Positions 31,098 through 43,027 of a stretch of 64,000 nucleotides of DNA are shown here, in pieces (position 1 is the stretch's first letter; every line of letters starts with the position of its first letter). The notes under the pieces were generated by a model, which saw only the letters and a list, made by a program, of their open reading frames with translations, had not been told where the DNA came from and made no database searches. The position numbers were made by a program, and so were the translations under genes. The DNA is from an uncultured Phycisphaerales bacterium (GTDB lineage: Bacteria; Planctomycetota; Phycisphaerae; Tepidisphaerales; Tepidisphaeraceae), in the NCBI GenBank assembly GCA_963755915.1, contig CAVWLP010000003.1, positions 672,001-736,000 of the forward strand, written 5' to 3'.

Positions 31098-32108
31098 TCA
31101 GTTCGTGGGGCCCCAGGGACACCAGATGATGTCAGGACGGTTGGCGTTGTAGTAGTCCCCATATTCCGTGGCGGGCTTGGCAGCGGGAACGGGATTGGGT
31201 TTGACGGCGAGTTGCACATCGGTCCACTTGTAATAGGCGACATGCCCGTCGGCGAAGAGGAGGTTACCGCCCCCGTTGTGAATGGCGGCGAAGGTTTTCC
31301 AGTTGGCTTTTAGCTGGGAGATTTTTCCGGTGTAGCCGACCGTGGAATTGATGGAGCTGCCGAGAAATCCGTTTTGCTGTGCCCAGCGCTGGATGGTGGG
31401 ATCGAGATATTCGCCGGGGGTTGAAAGTTTTTCGCAAAGGACGACGACGGAAGAAGCCGGGCGAAGCTGAGACATTTTTCCGGCGTAGACCATGCTCGGG
31501 CTCGGGTTGGCCAGCGTCGCCACCGGTGGATTCATGAGGGATTGGCTGTAGCAATAGCTGATCTCGGATTTGAAAAGTTGTGGAGTGGTGGCGGAAAGGA
31601 GCTGGCCAGTGGAGTCGGTGCCATACTGCGCGTAGAAGTTGGAGTTGCCGGGATAAAGTGTGTCGGAGGCGGTTGGCACGGCTGATTGCACCGCGGGGCA
31701 CGTGAAGATGTTGTTACCCCCGGGGGAGGGGAGGGGATTCACTCCGTTTTTGTCGTCGAGGAGCAATTGGTAGTAGCTCTTGCCGACGGTTTTGGAGGGG
31801 ATGGCGTTGAAGTAGATAGACATGTCATCGAGGCCGGCGGGATAGCCGGGAATGGGGTTGGCGAGGCTGGGCCCAAAATATTCGGTGGCGGTTCCATCGG
31901 GGACGCGCAGAGGAAGCTGGCCGCTGCTTTCATCGACGTACATCTGGAATCCCGCCCCCCACTGTCTCATGTTGCTTTCGCATTGGATAAGCAGGGCCTG
32001 CGAGCGCGCCTTGCTGAGCGCGGGCAGAAGCACCGCGACCAGAATCGCGATAATCCCAATAACGACAAGGAGTTCCACGAGAGTGAATGCTTGTGTTCGG
32101 CGTGTCAT
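31098..32108 (-). CDS. DUF1559 / prepilin-type N-terminal cleavage and H-X9-DG domain protein
   Basis: AFTLVELLVVIGIIAILVAVLLPAL..AR; C.SN.RQ; HNGGGNLLFADGHV. Confidence 0.9.
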   Translation of the reverse strand: MTRRTQAFTLVELLVVIGIIAILVAVLLPALSKARSQALLIQCESNMRQWGAGFQMYVDESSGQLPLRVPDGTATEYFGPSLANPIPGYPAGLDDMSIYFNAIPSKTVGKSYYQLLLDDKNGVNPLPSPGGNNIFTCPAVQSAVPTASDTLYPGNSNFYAQYGTDSTGQLLSATTPQLFKSEISYCYSQSLMNPPVATLANPSPSMVYAGKMSQLRPASSVVVLCEKLSTPGEYLDPTIQRWAQQNGFLGSSINSTVGYTGKISQLKANWKTFAAIHNGGGNLLFADGHVAYYKWTDVQLAVKPNPVPAAKPATEYGDYYNANRPDIIWCPWGPTN

Positions 32109-32158
32109 GCGGGAGATATTATCGACATTGAGACTCAATCTCAATAGCGAAAATCTCA

Positions 32159-33862
<1,704 letters not shown>

Positions 33863-33904
33863 CTATAGCGTGGGGCATGGTCAGGGACAATGAAAATCGG
33901 CCCA

Positions 33905-35080
33905 ATGAATATCGCTCTGGTGATTTTTCAATCGGAGGAGACCCGCGGCGGAGCCGAGCGTTATACCGTGGATATCGCCGAGGGTTTAGCTGCGCGCGGG
34001 CACGCCGTGGAATTGATCTCATCGAGCTTTGGCAAACCGATCGAAGGGGTGCGGAGGGTGGAGATCGGGGCGCGGGCGGCGACGAAAGCCGGTCAATATG
34101 CACAATTCCTTAAGAATCTTGACGTACACCTCGCGCAAAACAAATACGACGTGATCCACGCGATGCTCCCGGTGAAGCACTGCGATATTTACCACCCGCA
34201 CGCGGGGATGGCGAAAGCAACGGTGCAGTCCTATCAGTTGCGCGGCGGCGGTCCCGCGCGGGCGCTGGCGATGGCCGGAAACCGCCTCAACCGCAAGCGG
34301 CGCCTCTATGCCGACGTGGAAGGCAGGCTCATGTACGGCGCCGACAGGCCCATCGTCCTCTGCCTTTCCGATTATTCGAAGGGGATCGTCCTTCGGCATT
34401 ATCCGGATATCGGCGGCCAGCTAGTGAAGCTGTTCAACGGGACTGACCTGCAGCGATTCGACCCCACAACCCACGCGGCGGCGAGAAGGGCTGTTCGGCA
34501 GAACCTTGGGATCGGCGAAGAAGTCACCGTCGGTTTGATGATCGCCCAGAATTTCCATCGCAAGGGGTTGGCGGAGGTGATCGCGGCGACGGCGAGCATT
34601 GGCAGCCGCTCCGGCGAAGCCGCCCCGACGATCGTGGTTTTGGGCAAAGACAATTCAATGCGAGGCCGGCTTCAAGCGCGCCGGCTGGGGATCGAGAATC
34701 GGATCATCTTTGCGGGCGAATCAAAAGCAGCCGCCGATTTTTACGCCGCGGCGGATTTTTTTGTCCTGCCGACCCGCCATGATTCATGCAGCCTGGTCGT
34801 GCTGGAATCGCTGGCGATGGGAGTGCCGGTCATTAGCACGGTTTTCAACGGCGCCTGCGAAGCGATGACCGACGGCGTGCACGGATATGTGCTGGAAGAC
34901 CCCTCCAACGTCTCCGCCCTCGCCAACGCCATGACCCGGCTGCTGGATCCCAGGCTGCGAACGAAAATGCGCGAAGCATGCCTGGCCCTGCGGCCCTCGC
35001 TTTCACAGGAGGCGCATCTGGATCGGCTGGAAGAAATCTATCGAAAGAGGATCAAATCAGCCGGTCACGTCAAGCATTGA
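33905..35080 (+). CDS. Glycosyltransferase family 4 (WaaG/RfaG-like)
   Basis: GGAERY; NF.RKG; YAAADFFVLPT..D..SLVVLESLAMGVPVI. Confidence 0.88.
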   Translation: MNIALVIFQSEETRGGAERYTVDIAEGLAARGHAVELISSSFGKPIEGVRRVEIGARAATKAGQYAQFLKNLDVHLAQNKYDVIHAMLPVKHCDIYHPHAGMAKATVQSYQLRGGGPARALAMAGNRLNRKRRLYADVEGRLMYGADRPIVLCLSDYSKGIVLRHYPDIGGQLVKLFNGTDLQRFDPTTHAAARRAVRQNLGIGEEVTVGLMIAQNFHRKGLAEVIAATASIGSRSGEAAPTIVVLGKDNSMRGRLQARRLGIENRIIFAGESKAAADFYAAADFFVLPTRHDSCSLVVLESLAMGVPVISTVFNGACEAMTDGVHGYVLEDPSNVSALANAMTRLLDPRLRTKMREACLALRPSLSQEAHLDRLEEIYRKRIKSAGHVKH

Positions 35081-35617
35081 CCCGACCGGAATGCTGCTGA
35101 AACTTGAAAACGGGTTTGTCGAACCCCCCTGAACATTTTGAATGGCGCTCATCAGATCGCTTTGGAACTGCTGAGAGCTGATGCCCGCGGAGGCGAGGAT
35201 TTTCTGGAACCCCTCGGCCGAGCTGGGGGAGCCGTTTGCTTCAGGGCCCTGCCCGTTGATTTCGGCGGCGGCGAGATTCGAAGCGGCGGTGGTGTTGGAG
35301 CCAAATCCGAGATTCTTCAAAAGACTCGCGATCGTGCTTTGCACGATCTGGTTTGGATTCTGACTGGAATGCGAGAGCTGCGCCTTCTGAAGCGCCGTGG
35401 TGACCGCCTGGCGAATCTGCGTGAAGATCTGCGAGGTATTTCCGCTCAGCAGGCTGGCGGATTTCTGAGCGCCCCCACCGCTCAACTGGCTGCTGGCGGG
35501 GATCATCCCGGGCAGGCCGGTGTTTCCGCTGGCCAGTTGGCTCGCCTGCTGCTTCTGAAAGCTCTGAATCCACTGGGCGATATTGGAACCGCCCGAATTG
35601 GTGATCGCGGAGAGCAT
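35057..35617 (-). CDS. Hypothetical Gln/Ser-rich protein
   Basis: 186-aa low-complexity ORF ending GSMLDVTG; host-like codon usage. Confidence 0.6.
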   Translation of the reverse strand: MLSAITNSGGSNIAQWIQSFQKQQASQLASGNTGLPGMIPASSQLSGGGAQKSASLLSGNTSQIFTQIRQAVTTALQKAQLSHSSQNPNQIVQSTIASLLKNLGFGSNTTAASNLAAAEINGQGPEANGSPSSAEGFQKILASAGISSQQFQSDLMSAIQNVQGGSTNPFSSFSSIPVGSMLDVTG

Positions 35618-36089
35618 CTGGTGGCGTTTTATCGGCCTTCAAGGGTCGGCAAGGCGAAAAAATTGCGCCTGGGCGGTTATCGGACGGTGGCAATGAGGCG
35701 CGGCTCGAAGGATTTAGATCACCGCCTGACGTACGCTGGTATTAGGCGCTCGGGGCTGATTGTTTTTTGGACTGGGAGTTTCATTGGTGATTCCCCGGAA
35801 TTCCCCTTTTTTTCGGGAGGGATTTTCGCAAGATTCCCCATTTGAGGGAACCGTTTTTGTGGGGGATGGGGGGGGTGTGTCTGAAAGTGCCCGGTTTTGC
35901 CCGGGATTCGACGATGGAATCTTTTCCCGGGCTGCAGTTGAACAGGCGGGGGCGGGTCGGGCGAATGGGTCGAAAACGTGTGCATCTATATACAGGTCCA
36001 AAAGGTGTACGTTTTGTACCTATTTTCGAGAAATCTGGGAATTTTGTGGGGGCGATTGGTGAGAATGCAAAGAATCTGACAATGCCGAG

Positions 36090-37078
36090 CTAGGTAGAAC
36101 CAGGCTCGCCGAGATGGGTTGCCCAGAAATCGGCGGCACGCTGGATGGAGAAATGATCCTCAACCCGTTTGCGAGCGGCCTCGCCCATCGCCTGGCGGCG
36201 GACGGGATCGCCGGCGAGGGTGGCAATCGCTTCGGTCCACTGCTCGGCGGATTTGGGCAGGAAGCCGGTCAGGCCCTCCTGGATAATCTCCCGGTTAGCC
36301 CCAACGGGGCTGGCAATGGCCGGTAAGCCGGTGGCCATGTACTGGATGATCTTGAATCCGCATTTGCCCAGGGTCCAGCGGTTTTCGGGCGTAGGGGCGA
36401 TGCCGATGTCGCCGCGGAGAAGCGCGGTGGATTCTGCCGCGACCGACCAGGGAACGTGCTCGGTTGGGATCGGCGGATTGGCCAGCGGAACGTCTCCGAT
36501 CGTGATCAGCCGGAGCCCCGGGACGCGTTTAGCCGCGTCAATCAAGACCGGGGCAATCTCGGCGACGTAGGGAATGGTCGATTTGCTGCCGATCCAGACG
36601 AGCGTCGGGCGATCGGTGGCAGCGTGCGATTTTTGCTGATAATGCCCCGGATCGACAACGGTCGGCAGGATACTGACCTGAGCCCCCTGGCGCGAAACAG
36701 TTCGGCCAGATATTCGTTGCCCGCCACAACCCGCGCCGCGCGGGCGATGGCATGAAACCGGCGGTTGGTGCGCCACTGCTCGATGGGGCCGACGGGGCGG
36801 CTGTGGAACATGACGGCGTCGTCGACATCGTAAAAAAGCTTTCTCGCGTTTCGTTTCAGCAGGCTCGTATCGAGCGGGTCGAGCATTTTCCGCTGGAGGA
36901 TGACGGCATCGTATTCCGCAGCGCGGCGAAGCAGTCGCCGGCGCGGCAGCATGGAGCGAGGGCGAACGTGGATGTCGAGCTCGAAGCCGCGCTGGGCGAG
37001 TGCGTCGCGCAGCGATTCGATGCGGAGCCGGAAGGACGCCTGCTGGAGATTGTTGGTGATAACCAGGACGCGCGACAC
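36090..37078 (-). CDS. Glycosyltransferase family 4 (frameshift near ~36685)
   Basis: ASFRLR, YDVDDA, WIGS, DIGIAP, GKCGFKIIQYMATGLP.IASPVG.N. Confidence 0.85.
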
Positions 37079-37172
37079 GCTGGGGGGATTGTCGGGGCGG
37101 GGAGAGCGGCGAGCAAGCTCGCCGGCCACACGATTGACCCCGTGGCGCCAATGCAGTATCTCCCCCACGCAC

Positions 37173-37820
37173 GTGGCAGTCGGTTCGCAACAGTTTACGC
37201 GGCGGGATGACGACACGCTGTTTCGCGCTATGCGGGGGATGGCGGGGGTTTACTCGCGGGCGTTTCACCAGGTTCGCGTCGCCAGCCCCTGCCAGGTCCC
37301 CCCACGCGGGCCGGCAATCCTCATTTGCAACCACATCAGCAGCATCGATCCAGTCATCCTCCAGTCCTTTTGCCCGCGGCTGGTGCGCTGGCTGATGGCC
37401 AAGGAATATTACCAGTTCAAGTCGATGCGCTGGCTGTTCAATACGCTGGGGGTGATTCTGGTGGATCGGACCGGGCAAGATATGGTTTCGGCGCGGGCCG
37501 CGATGCGGGCGCTGGCCGCTGGGTATGTCATTGGAATTTTTCCCGAGGGACGGATCGAGACCACCAGGGAATTGCTGCCGTTTCAGAGCGGGATCGGACT
37601 GCTGGCCCTGCGAACGCGCGCTCCGGTTTATCCGGTCTACCTCGACGGCACCCAGCGCGGGAAGGAGATGGTGGAGGCGGCGATCACGCGAAACGATATC
37701 ACGGTCTCGTTTGGGCCGCGGGTGGGGCTGGGGGATCTGAACAAATTGCGCGAAGGCGTAGACGAAGCAACCCGGCGAATTGAGTTGGCCGTGCGCGCTT
37801 TGCAGAACGGCAAAACCTGA
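37173..37820 (+). CDS. plsC: Lysophospholipid (1-acyl-sn-glycerol-3-phosphate) acyltransferase; start codon uncertain
   Basis: NHISSID (HX4D), AKE, VDR, FPEG. Confidence 0.82.
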   Translation: MAVGSQQFTRRDDDTLFRAMRGMAGVYSRAFHQVRVASPCQVPPRGPAILICNHISSIDPVILQSFCPRLVRWLMAKEYYQFKSMRWLFNTLGVILVDRTGQDMVSARAAMRALAAGYVIGIFPEGRIETTRELLPFQSGIGLLALRTRAPVYPVYLDGTQRGKEMVEAAITRNDITVSFGPRVGLGDLNKLREGVDEATRRIELAVRALQNGKT

Positions 37821-37821
37821 A

Positions 37822-38414
37822 TCACAGGTTCAGGAATTCGCGCATGTGCTGGTCGAAAATTTTCTGGGCCTGGGGGTCGGACAGTGGGAGGCGCAGCTCG
37901 TTGATGACCTTCGTTCCCATGCCGATCCATTCGCGCCAGCAGTCGGCGCAGATATTTTCGAAGATTTCCTTGCCCTGGGCGTTGCTGAACGGCTGGCTGG
38001 CTTGCTTTCGCGCCACCCGGCCGCAGCGCTTGCAGAGAACTTGTCCTTCGCCGACGGGTTGCGATGTCTCCGCCTGGGCGGCTTCGGGAACGGGGGCGCC
38101 CAGGTCCTTGAGCATTTGAATCATTTCTTTCCGCGGCATCATCTCGCCGCGCGCGGCGGCGACTTCCACGCCGCGGGTGAGCCGCTCAATCGCCTCGGGC
38201 TTTCGGTCCTGGCGCAGAGCGCCGCCGCCAGAAGCTGATAGGCCTTGGCGATGTTGGGATTCAGCTCCAGCGTGCGCTGGAAGGATTGGATCGCCTGCGG
38301 AAAGTCGCCCGCGTCGAGGCAGGCGCGGCCGAGGGAAAAATGCCCCAGCTCGTTGCTCGGATCGGCTTCGGCCATTTTTCGGAACTGTTCGATTCGTGGA
38401 TCGCTTGCGGGCAT
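37822..38414 (-). CDS. TPR + Fe(II)-trafficking (YggX-like) protein (frameshift near ~38218)
   Basis: N-terminal TPR; C-terminal G.EI.ENI...CW.EW....TKVINE.RL...D...FL YggX signature. Confidence 0.75.
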
Positions 38415-38442
38415 AGGGGGTCGCTCCTGAATTGCTGAAAGA

Positions 38443-39027
38443 CTACTTCATCGGACTGCCGCAGGGACAGACAAATTTTCTGCCAAACGATTTGGCCGGC
38501 GGGACCTTCACCTCGATCTCGCACCCGCAGCGGGGGCAGGAAATCCGCGCCCCGTTTGATGCCGGCGGCGGAGGAGGAGGCGGCGGCGGTGATTCTGCTG
38601 CCTCGTCGATGTCATCCACGTCGGATTTCCTGTCCATCGCCAGGTTGGCCAGACGGTCCGCCAGGGAATTGTGATGGCGAAGATTGTGCTCGAACTTGAC
38701 GGATTTGAATCCGGCCGCCAGATCGCTCGCCTGCTCGAAGAGCTGCTTGAGGGCGGGATTTTTGACACGGTATTCGCCGCGCATCTGCTTGATGACCAGT
38801 TCGCTGTCGCCGCGGATGAGGATGCTCGTCGCGCCAAGCTGGGCGGCTTCGCGAAGACCGAGAATCAGTGCCTTATATTCGGCCGCGTTATTTGTGTTGG
38901 CGCCGATATATTTGCCCTTGGTCACCAGCGTGGTGCCGTCTTCGGCAGCCAGGACGACGCCAATGCCGGCCGGGCCGGGGTTTCCGCGACTGCCACCGTC
39001 GAAGTTGACCGTGATGGTTTCGGTCAT
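38443..39027 (-). CDS. rnhA: Ribonuclease HI with C-terminal zinc ribbon
   Basis: FDGGSRGNPGPAG, TNN.AEY, GDSELV..Q, N..AD.LAN; poly-Pro linker then CPRC...CPC. Confidence 0.85.
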   Translation of the reverse strand: MTETITVNFDGGSRGNPGPAGIGVVLAAEDGTTLVTKGKYIGANTNNAAEYKALILGLREAAQLGATSILIRGDSELVIKQMRGEYRVKNPALKQLFEQASDLAAGFKSVKFEHNLRHHNSLADRLANLAMDRKSDVDDIDEAAESPPPPPPPPPASNGARISCPRCGCEIEVKVPPAKSFGRKFVCPCGSPMK

Positions 39028-39105
39028 CGTGGTATTCTAGACGGCACCGGCGGGGGTTTGCCATCGCCATTCGCAACTCGCCCCCGGCGTGCGTGATTTT
39101 GCCGC

Positions 39106-39133
39106 TAAATTTGCCAACGGATTACGCCGATTT
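39106..39133 (+). promoter_or_regulatory. Sigma28 (FliA/SigD) promoter candidate TAAA-N16-GCCGATTT
   Basis: TAAA at 39106-39109 and GCCGAT at 39126-39131, upstream of the PilZ gene. Confidence 0.55.
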
Positions 39134-39169
39134 TCGACCTGGGCAGCATTAGGTAAAAGACACTTCACT

Positions 39170-39940
39170 ATGGCCGATAACAACGCCGAACTTTTACGGG
39201 AAGCCATCGCCCGCAACGTGACGGCGGTGTTGTCCCTGCCGTCCGCGGGAATGCTGCGGAATTATAAATCACGCCTGCTGGGGGAACTCGACGGCGGAAT
39301 TCTGCTCCAGTCGACGCTTGAGGCACGCCCGCTTTCGGAGGACCTGATCCGCTCGAAAACTCCGGTCGTCGTTTCATTCCGAAGCGGAACCATGCGCGTC
39401 GTGTTCGCTTCGCCGATCCTGCGGATCCAACCGTGCTTCAAGATCAACGACGAACTGCTCGTTGAAGCGGTGCTGCTTGCGTTTCCGACGAAGATCCAGT
39501 CGCAGCAAAAGCGATTTAACTACCGCGTGGAGATTCCCCAGTACACCGAGATTTCGGTGCGGGTCTGGAGAATGGGGCCGGGCGACTATCTGAAGGCGCC
39601 CCCTCTCGCGGCGACGGAACTGAAAGCCGAGATCCGCGACCTGAGCACCGGCGGCGTCGGCGTTAAGCTTTTAGGAGCCGACGGCGAGCCCCCCAAGGTC
39701 TGCACCGACGACCGGCTCCGCGTCGAACTGCGATACAACGAAAACACCCTGCTCGTCGAAGGAAAGATGCGCAAGCCGTCCAACTCCAGCAAGCATTGGC
39801 TCATCACGGGAATCGAGTTCGAAAAGCTCGAAGAAAACCTTGAGGGAAGGCAGACGCTTTCGCAGCTCGTGCGCATCGTAGGGGAATTGCAGCGGGCCGA
39901 ATTGCGAAACGTGCGAATGGGATTGACGAAGACCGCCTGA
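39170..39940 (+). CDS. PilZ-domain flagellar brake (YcgR-like) c-di-GMP effector
   Basis: QKRFNYRV (RxxxR) and DLSTGG (DxSxxG); GIEF. Confidence 0.82.
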   Translation: MADNNAELLREAIARNVTAVLSLPSAGMLRNYKSRLLGELDGGILLQSTLEARPLSEDLIRSKTPVVVSFRSGTMRVVFASPILRIQPCFKINDELLVEAVLLAFPTKIQSQQKRFNYRVEIPQYTEISVRVWRMGPGDYLKAPPLAATELKAEIRDLSTGGVGVKLLGADGEPPKVCTDDRLRVELRYNENTLLVEGKMRKPSNSSKHWLITGIEFEKLEENLEGRQTLSQLVRIVGELQRAELRNVRMGLTKTA

Positions 39941-39969
39941 ACCGGAAACCGCAATCACAAAACACGCCT

Positions 39970-39997
39970 GTTTAGCCGCGACCCGAAGGGGAGCGCG
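39970..39997. repeat. REP-like element (GTTTAGCCGC...GGGG.GCGC), copy 1
   Basis: Similar to 46925-46952; lies between convergent genes. Confidence 0.55.
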
Positions 39998-40006
39998 TTC
40001 TCACAT

Positions 40007-40468
40007 TTAGAGTGCGTTTTCCTGCGCCACAATCACGTCGTAAATCTCCTGCGACGATTTGGCGAGAGAGAGTGCCTGGCGGAATTTATCGATAGTCATC
40101 AGCCGGCTGATTCGCGCCAGGGCGTGAATGTGCGGGCCGGTTTTATCCGGGGGCGAGGTAAGCAGCCAGATCAGCGAGACCGGCCTGCCGTCGATCGATT
40201 GGAAGTCGATGGGGGTGGTCAGCTTTCCGATGGCCATGACAAGCTGGGTCGTTCCCGTGCATTTTCCGTGGGGGATGGCCAGCCCGTTGCCGATGCCGGT
40301 GGTTCGGGTCATCTCGCGCTCCAGGACTGCGTCAAGAACGGCCTTGGCGTCCTGGATTTCACCATTTTTTGCCAGCAGGGCGACGAGCTCGCCGATGGCT
40401 TCATTCTTGGTCTTGGCCTGCATCGGCACAAGAATGTTTTGGGGCTTGAGGATTTCGGTCAAACGCAT
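40007..40468 (-). CDS. PTS IIA (Ntr/fructose-type) domain protein
   Basis: RE...TTGIGNGLAIPHGK; DFQSIDG.PV; H..LA.ISR. Confidence 0.9.
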   Translation of the reverse strand: MRLTEILKPQNILVPMQAKTKNEAIGELVALLAKNGEIQDAKAVLDAVLEREMTRTTGIGNGLAIPHGKCTGTTQLVMAIGKLTTPIDFQSIDGRPVSLIWLLTSPPDKTGPHIHALARISRLMTIDKFRQALSLAKSSQEIYDVIVAQENAL

Positions 40469-40560
40469 TTAACAACTCCGGTGCCGTCGTTATCGGCAGT
40501 CAGTTCAGCGCGAAAAAAGAATCGTACCGATGCCCAAGGGGCGAAGCAACCACAAAAGAA

Positions 40561-41190
40561 TTAGGTTCCAAAAAGCCGGTCGCCGGCATCGCCCAGGCCG
40601 GGAAGAATGTAACCTTTTTCATTGAGCTGCCGATCCACGGCGGCGCAATAAATGGGAATTTCAGGATGGGCGCGGTGAATCGCTTCGATCCCCTCCGGAG
40701 CGGCAACCAGGCAGACAAACCGAATGTTGCAAGCCCCGGCTTTTTTGAGGAAATGCACGGCCGCGGTTCCGCTTCCGCCGGTGGCCAGCATCGGGTCGAT
40801 CAGCAGCACTTCGCTCGACTCGATATCGGGCGGCAGTTTTTGGTAATAGGAAACCGGCTCAAGCGTCGTCTCATTGCGATAGACGCCCAGATGCCCAAGC
40901 CGCGCCTCCGGCAAAAGCCGCAGGACGCCGCCCGCCATGCCCAGCCCGGCGCGAAGGATCGGCACCAGTGTCACCCGCCGCGCCAGCACCCGCCCGGTGG
41001 TGCGCTCCATCGGCGTCTGCACCGGCCGGTGCGTCGTCGGCCAGTCGCGCGTCACCTCATAAACCATCAGCGACGCAATCTCGTCCAGCAGCGTGCGGAA
41101 TTTGCGGTGGTCGGTCGTGTAATCCCGAAGCTCAGTGAGCTTGGTCTGGATCACCGGGTGGTCGATGACGATGACGTTCTGATGAGGCAT
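40561..41190 (-). CDS. upp: Uracil phosphoribosyltransferase
   Basis: VPILRAGLGM; DPMLATGGS; GYILPGLGDAGDRLFGT. Confidence 0.95.
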   Translation of the reverse strand: MPHQNVIVIDHPVIQTKLTELRDYTTDHRKFRTLLDEIASLMVYEVTRDWPTTHRPVQTPMERTTGRVLARRVTLVPILRAGLGMAGGVLRLLPEARLGHLGVYRNETTLEPVSYYQKLPPDIESSEVLLIDPMLATGGSGTAAVHFLKKAGACNIRFVCLVAAPEGIEAIHRAHPEIPIYCAAVDRQLNEKGYILPGLGDAGDRLFGT

Positions 41191-41260
41191 CCCGACGCAT
41201 TGTCCCGGAATTAGCGCGGGATTCCAGTATTGTTCTCCGCCAACATTTAACCGCTGGTTC

Positions 41261-43023
41261 CTACGGCCCGCCGCCCCCGGGCTCCGCCCCAATCGACTCC
41301 ATCGCCGCCGATTCAATGTCCGTATAGCGGTAAATAAAAATCGTATTCCCCACCACCGCCACCGGCGTCTTCCCCTGAAGCTCCTTGCTGTACATCAAAC
41401 TCACATCCGCCCGATGAAATTTCCCCTCACCAAAATCCCGACCGATCACCATCCGGTTCAGCATCCCATCCAGGAAATACGCGTCCACCCCCACAAGCTT
41501 CACCGTCTCCGGGCTTCCCGGATGAATGATCGGGTAAAACTTCACCCCGTAAACCTGCGGATCAATAAATCCGAAATAAGCCAGGTCGATCGCCGGCACC
41601 TTCTGATCGCGCATCCAGTCCCGCAGCTCGATCAGCCCCTGCCCCCAGGTATAATCCGAATCGCTCAGCAGCCTCCACCCGTTCGACGCCCCCCCCACCG
41701 CAAAATTCACGAACGTCAGAAACCGCGGGCAGACCCACAGCGTCTCCACCGCCAGCATCGCCAGCAGCCCATTTCGCAGGTAAGGCATCACCATGCGCTT
41801 TTCCGCCGTGCTCGGCCTCTCCGCCCACAGCCGCGAAGCCAGGACGATCGCCGGCGCAAACCCCGGCAGCAGATACCTCGTCCCGATATTCAAATCCCCC
41901 AGAACAATTACCCCCGGCGCAAACACCGCCAGCCCAAGAAAAACGCTCCACTCCCCCGCCCTCCTCCCCGGCGGCGCCGGTCCCCTGAATCCCACCGCCG
42001 ACGCGCCCGCCGCCGCCAGCAGCAGCAGCATCGACACCGGCAGCTTGCATAGCAGCGCCGCCGGGAAGTAATACCACCGCGCCCCCCGGTAAATATCCCC
42101 AAACAAAAACGCCGTGTATCCCCCCTGACTGTCCCGCTTCTGCACGTCAAACCCCAGCAGCAAGAGCTGCGGAACCGGCGACGGCGTCGCCGCCGGCAGC
42201 TCCCGCTGCACCTTCTGAAAAAAATCCGACTCGAAATCAAACGACCCGATCCCCCGCCCCGTTCCACTGAACCCGTAGATGACGTTCAGCAGCACCAGCG
42301 TCGCCCCCGCCAGCCCCGCCCACGCCCCCGGCAACACCCACCGCCTCCCCCGCCCGAAAAACGGAACCGCCATCGCCAGCAGCATCGGCCACAGCAGCAC
42401 CGACGTAAACTTGCACAAATGCGCCGCCAAAACGGCCACGCAAACCATCCCCCACCTCCCCGCCGACGGCGCCCGGCAGAACTTCCACCACAGCCAGCAC
42501 GCCGCCCCCATCGCCGCCGCCGTCCCCACGTCCGTCGTCACCAGTGCCCCGTGCGCCAGCACGCTCGGATTCAGGCAATACATCGCGCACGCCGCCGCCC
42601 CGCTCCTCGGCCCATACAGCCGCCGCGCCCACCGGAACGTCACCAACCCCAGCAAACACGAAATCGGAATCATCCCCAGCCGCGAAAACAGCAGCAGCCT
42701 CTCAAACCGCGCATAGTTCGCCATCACGAACGCATCGCAGTACACCCAGTGCCTCTCGACGATCGGCCGCTTGTCCGCCTCCTCCGTCGGCGGAGCTTGC
42801 GCCCGGCCAGAACGGAGGGAATCGCCCCCCAAAGCCGCAGCAGCGGCGGGCTCAAACTATAAATCGTGAAATCGTGCTGACCCCAATACTCAACCCCCGC
42901 GGCTAAGTGCGCCGGTTCGTCAAACGTCGCCGAATTGCGGGTTGCGCTTATCGCCAGCAGCGCCGCGTGCGCCGCCAGCAGCGCCGCGCACGCCAGGTTG
43001 GGAAGCCGTACTCGGTCAATCAA
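41261..43023 (-). CDS. GT-C membrane glycosyltransferase (ArnT/PMT, family 39-like; frameshift near ~42800)
   Basis: SATFDEPAH..AG; HG.LVTTD; KFT; RY.LP; SDS..WGQ; multiple TM segments. Confidence 0.82.
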
Positions 43024-43027
43024 TCGC

